Below, one piece after another: positions 49,811 through 63,029 of a stretch of 64,000 bases of DNA; position 1 is the first letter of the stretch; every line of letters begins with the position of its first letter. The notes beneath the pieces were generated by a model that worked only from the letters and a program-made list of their open reading frames with translations, searched no databases and was not told the DNA's origin. The position numbers and the translations under genes were made by a program. The DNA is taken from positions 742,412 through 806,411 of the forward strand of contig NMRA01000114.1 of assembly GCA_002633005.1 (NCBI GenBank), read 5' to 3'. Source of the stretch: Phoronis australis (Eukaryota > Animalia > Phoronida).

Positions 49811-51914
49811 GTAGTTTATTTTTTCATAAATCAATTTATTGCAGTGAGTGAACGTAGAGAGATTTACCCATGGTGGACAGCTCGACCATCCAGGTCAAAC
49901 AAAAACGTTTTTGCCGTTGATGAAATGTTTTTCACCTCTCCTGTGAACGAGGATAACGTGTTGTTCATTGTCTCAATGTTATCTATTGTAATGTAGTACT
50001 TGGTCTGCCCTCAGGTACCTACAGGGGTTTTCCAAAAAGGGTGTTACTGTGTGAGCCTAGTCATCCACACGAATCCATTGTACGGCGTACAATGGTTGCT
50101 TTAGGAATGTGTCATGAAGTTTTTTGTGTGCTCGATACCATCTTTACTTAGTGTGGTTTTTTGATGTCTGAGGGGAATTGAATCGGGTATTGACCCTTGT
50201 TAATGGTACTTACGTAGGTGTTCCCTGTGTTTGGGTACACAGCCGTAGTCGCTAGGTACAACTCTATTTATCAATAGTCAGCTAGCTCACACCTACGTAG
50301 ATTTGGGGTCACTAGACTCCCCTGACTTTCTGGACATTGTCAGCTGGTGTTTTGCTTTGCTTTGCCTTAGGAAATATTAATCCATCAGGGAACGTGGGTG
50401 GGTCCAAGGTTTTGTAAGGGGAGGACAACGTATATTTGTTCTCATAAGACTTTGCGAGCTTGGTCAGCTGTTATGTTGACTTTTGAGGCCCCACGTTCAT
50501 ATTTGACCTTCACAATCATATTTTGGTCTCTATTCTCGAATTTGGACTTGTTTATATTGTGACTACCATATTATTCTCACAGTCACATTAAATTCAAAAT
50601 AGTCCCTCACTGTGGCACCGTCAGTGTCTCATTTTTTGTTAAATTTATCAAAAAAACTTATGATCTACAAACGTGACCAAGAACACAGCACACTGTAAAA
50701 TATCATTTCCCAGTTGTGCTGACACTTAATTTAATGTTTTCATAAACTTGACCAGTGTTCCATAGACACAAGCTCACCCGAATCTTCGTGAGATATCACC
50801 ATGCCTTGCAAACGAATCACTTTTGAAGCAAAAATTGATGTTAAAGGATGTTCTCTCCATGCAATTGATTTGGACGGCCTAAACAAAGCCTGGTATCCTA
50901 CACCATGGTGTGTCCTTTGAAGTAACCAGTCTGGCTGCAAAAGTGCTAGCAGAAAATACCAATGGTTTTGGACTTTGGAGTAGTACCTCAAATGGCCAGT
51001 AAAGTGCTAAGAGAAGTGACTTGCAGGCATTAGCGTTAATGGTTGTTAATCTGCTTGACAAAGTGCTAGCGAAAATGCTGATATTTTTAGTCAGTTTGTT
51101 AGGGGGGGGGGGGGNNGGGGTACGGGTGCCATACGTTTTTCCTAGTTTTTTGATTTCTTGAGCTCTCACTGATGGTTGTCGTGAATGAAAGCAATGAGAC
51201 AGTTTTCTGCTGTGTCATCTCTATCAATGAACTTGTGACCTTTTGCTAGATGACCATGTCAATATCATTTCCAATTGTTGGTAGGTGTTACATAATTCTT
51301 GTTTGGTAATGAATTATAAATTTGTGGGTTGCATCTGCAGCACAGGCATAATGCAGGGTTTGAATTAGCAGGCTCTAAATGCTGTATTTTAGCTCCTGAA
51401 AACTGATAAAATTGATAAAGTGACAAAAATGTGGTGGCTCTGTCCTGTTCTCGATGATAGGAATACGATTTTTTATTTTATATTTTAAGAATGGGGCGAT
51501 ATTCATGAAGAGATATTATACTTTTGGTTGTATGCAAAAGCCAGTTTGCTAATTTTCTCACAAAGAGGTAACCATATTTGCAAATTGAACTGTTCGTAGT
51601 ATGGTGCATTTTTCATTGTGGTAAACACTTTGTTGTTTACTAATTGCTAACTTTGTGGTTGGACTTGTGACAAATTTACCTGGTAAGGGAACTCCACCCT
51701 TGCTAGTCAGTGCCTGTCAAGTAGCCATGGTAACGACCAGAAAACCATATTTACGGTATTACTTGAGCTTTGCGATGCATTAAGAATTCATGTGCATCAA
51801 CTGCGAAATGCGTCTGTATTCGAAAAAAACGAGTGCAATATTTATTCTCAGCAGGTGCTACTCGCTGTGAAAGCCGATTACGTGGAATCTAATTATCGTT
51901 TGTTTTGTTTTCAG

Positions 51915-51971
51915 TCACAGAAGGCTGACAACACGGTGATGCAAGCCTTGGAGAATTTAACAGAACCGCAG
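51915..51971 (+). CDS. MIDN: Midnolin exon 3 (Catch1 start)
   Basis: SQKADNTVMQALENLTEPQ, similar to SVMQALESLTETQ; TTTCAG/GTAAAT. Confidence 0.93.
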
Positions 51972-54724
51972 GTAAATACTGACAAAGTTGATCACTGTTG
52001 ACCCACCTGAAGCTGGCATATGTAGTTTCTGATCTCTGAAGCCTGGTCAAAAGATGTGTTGGCTTGAAGAGGTTCACCATAACATTTACACTTAATTTAA
52101 CAAATTCAATGAAATTACATTGGGTAGGTGGTGCACATTACCCTTGTGTGGATCATCTTATACCCTGGGGTTGATGGTGTTGATAACCAGAGACACAGAG
52201 ACATAGATAATTGAAATTGTATGGTAATGCAGGGATATTTCTGGACTGTGCCTTTGCGCCAAGAGCACATGATAAAAAAAATAAAATGTCGCAAGTACAT
52301 TGCAGCATTGCGCCCCCCAAGCACATCTTTTGATATGCGACACTTCCAAAAATGTAAGTTTCTACCGTAGTCAACTTAAGCCAGTCAGGTAATGTATAGT
52401 TCGCAGATTTCACTGAAATGAGACCATATTAACTGGCCGTTTAATTTGCCAATGTTTGATCGTAAACTACCATTCGTGTTTGCAAATGACGATTGCTCGG
52501 CTCTGGCTGCGTCCTTGACCTTCAATTATCCTCCGACAGAGGACGGGGGTTCTGTTTCATATGTTCCCACTTTAATTACGCTAAGTCTGCTGGGCTCAAC
52601 TTTTTGAAAAAAGGCACACTTTATCATTAGGTGCGCCCAAAGGTCACAGGGTCGAACTTGGTCAGGAATATCCTTGATAATGGTTGTGAATTTCACAATA
52701 ATGCAGGTTAGTGTTGGACATTGTCTTTGTGTTAGGCATTGCTTGCAGGTGAAGTGTTTGTTTACAAGGTGAAAATAATGTTTCTTGCGTTTCCACCTAA
52801 GTGTGATATCTGGTGCATTTGGGTCTGAAACCTTAACACTAATTATGATGCAAAATGGGAATCTTTGTCTGTTCTCCAAGTCTATCAACTGGTGATCCAG
52901 TTAATTCTCATTGGTGTGTTATTAGGAACTATGGAGCCAAGAATATGATAGTACGTCTGCTGACTATTGACGTCTGCTGACTATTGACGTCTGCTCTTCA
53001 GTGACAATAGTTTGTGGTGGGATGTGGACTTAATGTCCATAATGCAGGGTGATTCAGCCATTAACAACAGCTTGTTAAATAGCGATTTGTCTTGATCATC
53101 CAGTCAGCTTGGTTATAATGCCAATCACATCCATTAATATTTATGAGTTTATGAAGATCTGAGTGCCTTGTGGTGCTGATATGTCTTGTGGTGCTGATAT
53201 GTTCCAAGGGTCTGCTCAAACAATGCAGCCATGCTCTGTGTGGAGCTATTGGGACAATCTAATCAAACTATGCTATGTATGGAACTTGGAGACCAAGAGG
53301 GCAGTTCATTTTTCTTTACCACTCTCTCTGATCATTATAGTACAATTGCACGATTTCAGACCGCCTACAATGATAGTTACAAGTGTACCAGACAGTCGTC
53401 TTTGAAAGTGTCACATGTACTGTTGCACGCCAACACATATTGCACATTTTACTGTTCAATCAGACATAAATCATCCAAATCATAAATCACTGGTCAGTAT
53501 CTTGGCTATTGACGATTTTGATTGGTACATGTGATTCGTGTGATTTGTGTCCACGATTTGATACTCTGTTACACAATCGGGTGGAAATATTTCACAAAGG
53601 GTATTTTGCGAAATATTTCACAAACTGTGTTTTGCATCTTTTTATTCCCTAATATTGGTTCCAGTTTCTCTTCATTTAGTATGTGAAGGACTGTGGGAGG
53701 TCTCTCCCCCACACACATATTGTGGAACCTAAGCTCAGCCAGTTATCACTGGTTATCTCTTGTTCTGATTATTTAAGGACAGATAAGTGGGAGGTCAGAT
53801 AAGTCAGAGGTCAGATAAGTCAGAGGTCACTTGTCACTCACTGGGCACATGACCAGTGATTATACTGAGTAGGAGGGTCTGTTGATTTAGTGATGCTTTG
53901 TTGGCACTGAACACACACACATCTGTTCCCTGTGTACTGGTCAACCATAGATGGAGCTGTGTAAATGGTACACATATCAAATCGCTCAGGCCATCACATC
54001 TGTCAAGGTCTACAGTGCATGTGTTACCAATAAGGTGTGCCAGAATCACTTGCTGCAACACAACCAAGGACCAGTCGGGTCTGGAATATGTTGGTCAGTT
54101 AAGAGACTGATTCTATGCTGTACATATCCACCACAATGCACCTCTGGCTCCACATATTTTAATGCACCTTTCTCAAAATTGATCTTGCCTGACAAGATGA
54201 AGCCTTTACTTCGGATTTAGAACAACTCAAAGTTTTAAAATACGTCGGGACTTTTTGTTTCTTGATGTGGATTAATTAATTCTAAGACTGTCACATCTCC
54301 GAGCAAGTTGACTAGCTGACTACAAAACCCTCAATTTACGAGTATTTGAAGAGTAAAAGAGAAAATGTTAGTAGAAGGGGTGGCGTGTTAAAATTGAAAT
54401 TGAAAATTAATTGTTGAAAGAATTGGGTGCTGTGATAAACTGAAAGTGGAAACACCCTAGTTCCATGAACTTGTTGTCTCACACTGGTTTCAAGCAGTAG
54501 ATTCGTGTCACATACCGTGTCGCTGCAATTTTCATGAATGTGTTTCTTCTTCCGTCTTATTTATTAGCTGGCCTGTATAGTATTGATTTCTGAATGCCAT
54601 GTCGTCTTTAATTACCCAGAATTCAATGTCAGCCCATCATAGATGCTGGTTTATTGTTGGGTGTCAAGTTAATGAAGAAGAAATTTCAACGAAAATCACG
54701 CATGCTTGACGTAAAGCACAGTGG

Positions 54725-57705
54725 TGGCACTAGTGATCTTTCTGAACTGTTGAGGCAATGGTTTTATTTGATTTGAGGCTTACTATGACTTAGCCAACCT
54801 CGTAAGGTGGGGTAAGCCCGTCATATGTCACATGTGTCATGTTTCCCCAGTACAAGCTATGTCCAAACAGCTACTATACCCAGCAACAATTTGTTCTGGA
54901 ATGAATGTGTTCTTGGGTAACTCGTATTGTGGACGACACTTGTGATTGAAGCCTTGTGTGTGCGGCAATTCGTCGCAGGCTTGAGGGGGGGGGGTGCAAT
55001 GAGTCGATGTGTATCTTCCATTTGCAACCATTTTGCCCTGCTGCGCGTTTTAGTCAAAGTTATCATGTACTGAGAAATGAGAGGTCATTTTGCTGAAATA
55101 ACTTCTGGAATCCTCGTTGTAGGAACTGAACTTTTCCAAAACATTAGGCGAAGAAGCGAAGTTTTTGTCGGTTCTGATCGATGGTAAAATATTTTGTTTA
55201 GTTGCGCATATTGTTAAAGAAGAAACTACACCAGAGGTGAGAAAAGAGGATGTGAAATTCATTTTTTACTCGTGGTTTGGCAAATCATGACCTTTTCGAA
55301 CCTTGTTAGCGCTGGTTTTCAAAAAACATGACGCCTGTTTTGTGGAAGCTGTCATAAAGTTGTGAAAAATCTGCAACATTTGCAGTGGTTCATTGACCTT
55401 GTTTTAAGTTCAATGTAACCTGGTTGCTGTGACAACTGGATTGTCAGTGTCAAGGATCCTAAAGTTCACAACTTTATGATGGTGTGAATGTTATGTAACC
55501 TTTTCAGCCATCAATCAAACTGAAGCCTAACTCATTCTAGGTAAAGGTTATTGGGTTCCAGGAAACCTACTTTTGTCCATGAAGGGTTGAAAGCAGACAT
55601 AGGAAGATGCCGATTTGCGACTGTAATTGATTATGCGATGAACCTTTCAACTTATCATGCAAAAGTGGTGAAAAAGTGTATTAATTTATTTTGTTAGGTA
55701 ATAATTATCAAATTCTACTTCACGAATTTATTTGTAAAGTTCAGTTGTTGTTACACATGTGGTACAATTTAAATGTTTGGAAGTAGCTGGTCATGGTTTG
55801 AAAACTAAATACATGATGATTCCGACAATTGTCTTTTGCAAAATTTCAGACTAACAATAGACTTGCTTTAGCTGCTCTGAAAGTTAGGGGCACGTAAGCT
55901 CAAATCGGAAGGTTGGTTAGGAATTGACGTCGAAAACTAGTTCTCTTTTTGTTTTCTGCATTAGAAGTTGGCCCTTGTGGATGCAAGAGAATTGATACTA
56001 ACAACAGTTTGAATGTTGTTTCGCCTATCCAAACTGTTCTACTATGGTGTTGTTCAAGGAGTGTTCTTTGCTTGTAGTTGGATTGCGCTAATGCGGATTG
56101 GTTTAAAGGGCACCTCGCTCTGTTTTTATGATTTTCAATCATTAGTGTGGTAGGCATGGTTGAACCTGAGCTGACCCAGAAACTGTACACACCACAAGTG
56201 TTCCAGAATACAACNTGGCACTAGTGATCTTTCTGAACTGTTGAGGCAATGGTTTTATTTGATTTGAGGCTTACTATGACTTAGCCAACCTCATAAGGTG
56301 GGGTAAGCCCGTCATATGTCATATGTGTCATGTTTCCCCAGTACAAGCTATGTCCACACAGCTACTATACCCCAGCAACAATTTGTTCTGGAATGAATGT
56401 GTTCTTTGGTAACTCGTATTGTGGACGGCACTTGTAATTGAAGCCTTGTGTGTGCGGCAATTCGTCGCAGGCTTGGGGGGGGGGGGCAATGAGTCGATGT
56501 GTACCTTCCATTTGCAACCATTTTGCCCTGCTGCGCGTTTTAGTCAAAGTTATCATGTACTGAGAAATGAGAGGTCATTTTGCTGAAATAACTTCTGGAA
56601 TCCTCGTTGTAGGAACTGAACTTTTCCAAAACATTAGACGAAGAAGCGAAGTTTTTGTCGGTTCTGATTGATGGTAAAATATTTTGTTTAGTTGCGCATA
56701 TTGTTAAAGAAGAAACTACACCAGAGGTGAGAAAAGAGGATGTGAAATTCATTTTTTACTCGTCGTTTGGCAAATCATGGCCTTTTCGAACCTTGTTAGC
56801 TCAGGTTTTCAAAAAACATGACGCCCTGTTTTGCGGAGGCTGTCATAAATTTGTGAAAAATCTGCAACATTTGCAGTGGTTCATTGACCTTGTTTTAATT
56901 ACAATGTAACCTGGTTGCTATGACAACTGGATTGTCAGTGTCAAGGATCTTAAAGTTCACAACTTTATGATGGTGTGAATGTTATGTAACCTTTTCAGCC
57001 ATCAATCAAACTGAAGCCTAACTCATTCTAGGTAAAGGTTATTGGGTTCCAGGAAACCTGCTTTTGTCCATGAAGGGTTGAGAGCAGACATAGGAAGATG
57101 CTGATTTGTGACTGTAATTGATTATGCGATGAACCTTTCAACTTATCATGCAAAAGTGGTGAAAAAGTGTATTAATTTATTTTGTTAGGTAATAATTATC
57201 AAATTCTACTTCACGAGTTTATTTGTAAAGTTCAGTTGTTGTTACACATGTGGTACAATTTAAATGTTTGGAAGTAGCTGGTCATGGTTTGAAAACTAAA
57301 TACATGATGATTTCGACAATTGTCTTTTGCAAAATTTCAGACTAACAATAGACTTGCTTTAGCTGCTCTGAAAGTTAGGGGCACGTAAGCTCAAATCGGA
57401 AGGTTGGTTAGGAATTGACGTCAAAAACTAGTTCTCTTTTTGTTTTCTGCATTAGAAGTTGGCCCTTGTGCATGCAAGAGAATTGATACTAACAACAGTT
57501 TGAATGTTGTTTCGCCTATCGAAACTGTTCTACTATGGTGTTGTTCAAGGAGTGTTCTTTGCTTGCAGTTGGATTGCGCTAATGCGGATTGGTTGAAAGG
57601 GTGCCTCGCTCTGTTTTTATGATTTTCAATCGTTAGTGTGGTAGGCATGGTTGAACCTGAGCTGACCCAGAAACTGTACACACCACAAGTGTTCCTGAAT
57701 ACAAC
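54725..57705. repeat. Direct tandem duplication of ~1490 bp joined at a single N (56215)
   Basis: 54725-56214 and 56216-57705 are near-identical (TGGCACTAGTGATC... to ...GAATACAAC) with scattered SNPs and small indels. Confidence 0.95.
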
Positions 57706-58365
57706 ATGATGGACACATTTCACACTATCTTACATTAGTCTAAACAAACTGAATGTCATGTCCTTGATAGTTTCTGTTCCTGTTGTTCCCCTGTGATTTC
57801 TTGGTCTTTAAAGAGGAGAGTTTGTTCTCCATACTATGGTTGTATGTTGGCTTGCCACTGCGCATTCAAAATCCAGACCAACGCAATACCCGTACACCTG
57901 CGGAAATTGATACCTAAGACGATGGCAAATGATTGAAAGCTCTGGCTGAAGCAATATCACTTTCACCGACCTGTCCTTCGATCACTCGAGTGAATGGGCA
58001 AAATACCTACACAAGGTGGCAGCACTACCAGACCAATGTCTGTGCTGCTTGCATACTACTTCTTTATACTGTGAGAGTATTTGTGCCAATTTCAAAATCT
58101 GGTTAGCATGATTGGTGAAGTTGACAGTGATGAAAGACAATTTCTTTCGTTCACAGTCATATCCCGGCATTGGAGAATCATTTGGATATGGCACAGTACA
58201 GCAGTGATAAATTGATGGCGTGGGCATGGGAAAGAATTCATAAGAAACCTTGAAATCCCGTTGTCTTGAATCTTCATCCAAATCACAGCAGTGAACTGTG
58301 GGTAATGGTAAACACTGTCCATTGAGTACTCTCTGCCATCTAGCAATAAAACATCGGAAAATGGC

Positions 58366-58580
58366 TAAGGTAAACTCTGGCCAATTTTGGTCAAAAATAG
58401 TTGCTTAAATTGTCCCTTTTCATTTTTATGTCCTCTAAATGCCAGCAATTTTTCTTGTGGTAGCTTTGGTACAGAACTAGGAACATGATAAAGCATTAAT
58501 TTGATGCTACGTGTGAAAAAAAAACCCTAAATTTTACTTGTCCGTCACAATGCGTCCTGAACTAGAGAGATTATACTGTA
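58366..58580. mobile_element. MITE family B copy 3 (degenerate)
   Basis: GGTAAACTCTGGCCAATTTTGGTCAAAAATAG ... ACTTGTCCGTCACAATGCGTCCTGAACTAGAGAGATTATACTGTA matches copy 1. Confidence 0.55.
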
Positions 58581-60206
58581 TTGATCTCCATTCTGTCGAA
58601 GAACAAAACCAGAGATTCCACAGAGCCAATCAACACTTCACAGTAGTGGTTAAACAAGAATATGTGATGCAGTGTAATTAATTTACGCCTTGGCCTTTTC
58701 CAGTCAAACCCAAATTCCTACAGCTGTTGATCTGTTTGTTGTATAAGAAAGAACCCACGAAGATAAAGCATAATGGCTTTTGCAGTACTAGTGCATGTGA
58801 ACTCTTGAGTGCTTACAGTGAGCTTAGCCCAGCTGAGGTTAAGTTTGTATTGAACCCTCTGAGTACTTTTCTAAATGGACATGTTCTTGGAATTTCCTTT
58901 GCCACAAGACAGCTATGAAAGACTGTTAAGTGTTAAGCTGGCAATGTTAGCAGCCATAAAATATGTACAAGTGTCTAATGCTTGAAAATAGCTATTTTAA
59001 AGTTTGCAGCTGTTCAGTATACCAAGAGTTGGTCTTTGGGTTGAGTGTCTTGTACTCATTAGGGCAAATGTCACTAGATGTTCTTCTTATCATCCCAGGA
59101 AACCTCAACATCCTGCAGAAATCCTGACAGTATAGAGGCCTGGGTTTTGTCATTGTTTTGTGGGAGGGAACAGGGAAGGAGTTACTTGGCCCTCTGATGA
59201 GACCAAACCTAAATGTTTTTGAACAAATCTCACAAATCTCATTTGCTTCTTATACAAGTTTCACACGAGTTGTGAAAATGCTGCTCGTTTCACCCCTTAA
59301 ATGGTAGTGAAAATGCTCGTTTTAGCCAAGCAAAAGCTGTCCGCACAGGGGTCATATTCACCAGCAGTTAGTTTGTTTCTTCGCCACTAGAATCACTTTT
59401 AAGCGAAAATCTATGACCGAACGTGTCCACTCTGCCATTAGATGATTGATACGAAGACTTCTTGCCCTTGCCAAGTGAGTCCTCTAAAGTAAACATTGCC
59501 TCCTGCTAGCAAAATCTCCAGTAGTTTTTGATAACTCAAACCAGCAGCAGTGCACTAGTTGGAGTTGCACTTGTAACTGTTCACAATACTGACGACTTGT
59601 GAATATGATAGCGAAAACGTTAGTGTTTTAACCAGCTTGTGAGCAGGTATAGATCTGAAAAACAAACATGTCAATAATTTTCCATGTACTGTATCTATGG
59701 AGATTGTGAAGTCCAAGTGTTACTGATATTTGCGTGCATCGTTATTTATTTCACGTCCTATGTATCATGTACAATATGAAAGGTTGAAATAGGAGATTGG
59801 CTTTCAGCCATACAGTGTAACTGATAATTATTGGGTTGCTGGTAACAGTATCCAAGCCTTGAGCACCAATAGCCATGAAGTCTACTGTTAGAGTTAATGA
59901 ATGAAATCTTGTAGCTGAAAGTTTGCAGCCTCCTATCAGCTTTGATATATGGAGGCATTTCATTGACAAAACTGGAAGGGGAGGTCATTTCAAGGTCGGA
60001 GTGTAGGAATATCTGTTGGCACTGAAATGTTTTGTTTTCTAAATAAGTGTTTTTTTTCACAATACCACAGGAATTTCCTGATTTCAAATTTTTCTATAAA
60101 ATTAAAGATTATCAAAATTATACTGGGTTGTTAGTGTATTTTCAACTTTGCTTTTCACAGCTTTCACCCAAACTGAATAATGTTAACCATACCTCTATTT
60201 TACTCT

Positions 60207-60399
60207 TGTGGTAAAATCTCGCCAATTAGGATTAATATTCTTTGACGAAATTGTTGTGAAGGGTCACTTTTTCTCAACACACTCACGGTTGCTATGATAT
60301 AGAAATTTAAGACGTTTACTTAGTGCTTCTTATTTTTGTGAAAATATGAAACAAATTCACTTGTCCACGGTGCTGAATCGGTGACGTTTCACCACAGTA
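60207..60399. mobile_element. MITE family B copy 4
   Basis: GTGGTAAAATCTCGCCAATTAGG ... AAATTCACTTGTCC...ATCGGTGACGTTTCACCACAGTA. Confidence 0.55.
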
Positions 60400-61528
60400 T
60401 CTCTGTACTGGCAACTGTCAAGGACATTGGGCTAAAAAAATGCAGATTTCATTGACGCCTACATTAGAGGCCTGCATGCAGTCTGACATTTTCTTTTTCC
60501 TACACAGATATCAGATGCTAATAGACTTTTTATGGGTCTATGCTATCACAGACGGCGTAGTCATGAATGGTGAGCAGAACATTTCTCGAAGTGAGGAACA
60601 TAGTGGGTTAAGAGGGGTGCGCCAATTCTTACATCCCAGATTCAAGTCCCCTTTGTTTAACACAATGATTGACGTAGTGCTTGAACTGTAGGGCTGCTAA
60701 TGGAGTCTGGGTAGTGAAGAATGATGTCTCATGTAGCAATCAACTTATCTAATTTTTATGTCTTCTTTGGAAATTGTTATGCAACAATAAAACTGTGGTG
60801 GTATTAATCAGAATTGCAAATAGGAAACTAAACATAATGCAAAATAATGATTAGCTCTGCAACAGTGTACTGTGGGATAAGTGCCCTGCAGATCCATAGC
60901 ATTGTGGGTAAATACTGTGGAATCAAAGAGGGCGCTGAGGTGTTTCGGAAGAGCTAGTGGCAGACCTCTGTTGGCGCTTGCTTTCCTTTTGAGGAAACCT
61001 TAGTCAATGGAAGGTCAATGCTCAATCACTACTTCCCCTAACCCTCTCCAACAAGTGACATCTGAGGAATCCTAGTTCTCTCAATTAAACACTGGAGTAG
61101 TTTGTTCGCAGTCTCGATTCAATTCCTATGTTGCATGTCCTGACCTCTAGTGGTGGTTCCTCCTGAAAGGAAACATCACAATTACATTTGTTTTCCGAGG
61201 TGTTGTGATGTTTTAAGTTCCGGATTAAGCTTTCCCACTAATCACAACTATCCAATACTAGAGTTGCGACACAAGTGGGGAAGTGACAAATTAAACATCG
61301 GAACTCAGAAGAGAGAATGTTTCATCAAATAACTATTCCTAATTGAGTGTATATATGCTTACTGGATTTAAATGCATTGCGATAGTGCTCAGAAAAATAT
61401 TTTCTTTGCAACTATTTTGTCTTTGAATCATCTACTGCGTGCTGTACTTTCTCTTGTTACACGAATTATCACTGTTGCTGTGATATTGTTATTATTACTC
61501 ATATTACCGTACTGTCTTATTATTACAG

Positions 61529-61990
61529 GTAAACGAATTCCTGGCCGGAAAAGCCCCCCTCACGCTGGCCATGAGATTGGGTGATCACATGATGTTTGTC
61601 CAACTGCAGCTGTCTACGTCCAATCCTGCCAGAAAGTCGGCCAGCCGATCCATACGTCGTAGAATGACAAACAGTTCTCGATCATCGACAGCTCCCTCTG
61701 CTGTCGCCAAATCATCGAGCGTGGTGAAAAACACAGCCGGTATGACCGATACCGGATCGTCCAAACTTAAAATGAAATCCACAACCTGCGATAGTCCGGC
61801 GTCACCACCGCCCGAGACAAACTTTTTAAGTGACCTCGATCAGTTGCCTAGCACCAGCTCTGGTGTTACTACAGCTAGCGACACATCAGACAATGATAAA
61901 CCAGTATTAAATACTGCTGCCCTCGCACAGGCTAGTCGGAACTTATCACAGAAACTCCGTCAACTCTCCGCAGCGTCTTCCCAACTACAG
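61529..61990 (+). CDS. MIDN: Midnolin exon 4 (Catch1 plus S/T-rich linker)
   Basis: [28 protein letters not shown], similar to [28 protein letters not shown]; TTACAG/GTTGGT; 462 nt. Confidence 0.95.
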
Positions 61991-62074
61991 GTTGGTGTTG
62001 GACTTGTTATGTTGTAATTTGTTATACTATGTTGTTATTGCCATTTGTTGCAATGGCTAAATAGGTAATAGCTA

Positions 62075-62160
62075 CACACAGGTGTCCTGCATTTTGAGAA
62101 CCAGTTTCTTCACTGAATTTCAAGCATTAAATTGGTCCTCAAAATCCAAGACCCCTGTGT
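62075..62160. mobile_element. MITE family C copy 2
   Basis: ACACAGGTGTCCTGCATTTTGAGAACCAG ... TTGGTCCTCAAAATCCAAGACCCCTGTGT hairpin, homologous to 28008-28084. Confidence 0.65.
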
Positions 62161-62568
62161 CTATTCCACTTAAATGTAAAATTGCTGTCTCCATGTAATA
62201 CTGGATTTGCTAAGTTGTAAAGCTAATAGCATTTGTTTCATTAGAGGGTATTAGTTTCACATAATCATACAGGCTGTGTTATTACTTACTTCACAGAATC
62301 AGTTTAATCTGTATTAATCTTCAAATGAGGGTATAAGTTTATTGTGGCTGGCTGATGGCTGATGTCTGAATAAAGGAAAATGTGATAGTGGTTGCTACGG
62401 TAACAAAGTTGAGGAACAATAGCGCGCCACTTAGATATGATATCTACGTTACTTCGATTCTAAAACTCTGGGCAATAACGCACGAAGGTTTTGCATTAAC
62501 TTGTAATTGATTTTTTTGCTCATGAAAAAAAATGTCAAAAAAATTACATGGTATAAATTGTCTTGCAG

Positions 62569-62671
62569 AAAGTCACTGAATCTGTCAGTCCACCCACATC
62601 CAAACCACCGGGCGCTATTATTGAGAGCATGCAGCACCACGGTCATGGGGTCTACTCAGGGACATTCTCTG
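62569..62671 (+). CDS. MIDN: Midnolin exon 5 (Catch2 start); gene continues beyond the window
   Basis: KVTESVSPPTSKPPGAIIESMQHHGHGVYSGTFS, similar to [34 protein letters not shown]. Confidence 0.94.
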
Positions 62672-63029
62672 GTAAGTCTCACTTCTCCACTCTAGTCTAA
62701 CTGTACCACTTTTTAGAATTCCTTCTCTGTAGAGTCCTGTCTGTGCCCATCAGCTCCCGACACTGACGAACATTCTAGGGACAGCTCAGTTGGTGTCCAC
62801 CCCATCCTTCCATCATGTTACCTGCTCACTTTTTAGATTCTACTATTTTGCAAATTCCAATGGCTTCCACCGCAGGCACCAACCCCCCATATGCAGAAAC
62901 GCTCCTCTCCCTGGTGGGTTTCTTCTACTGCTACTCGTAAAATCATTTTCTGGTACATTCGTTGTTATTCACCATGTACAAAGCACACGTTGGTATACTT
63001 TTCAACCATGGCACATAGGAATCTTTTAA

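Noticed and set aside
55813-55880. Box C (ATGATGA) ... box D (CTGA) snoRNA-like spacing
   Set aside because: No terminal stem, internal C'/D' boxes or recognisable rRNA/snRNA antisense element.
62733-62893. Exon-like GC-richer segment after MIDN exon 5
   Set aside because: Does not encode the expected Catch2 continuation (GTL.P..QD); the true next exon probably follows the pyrimidine tract at the window end.
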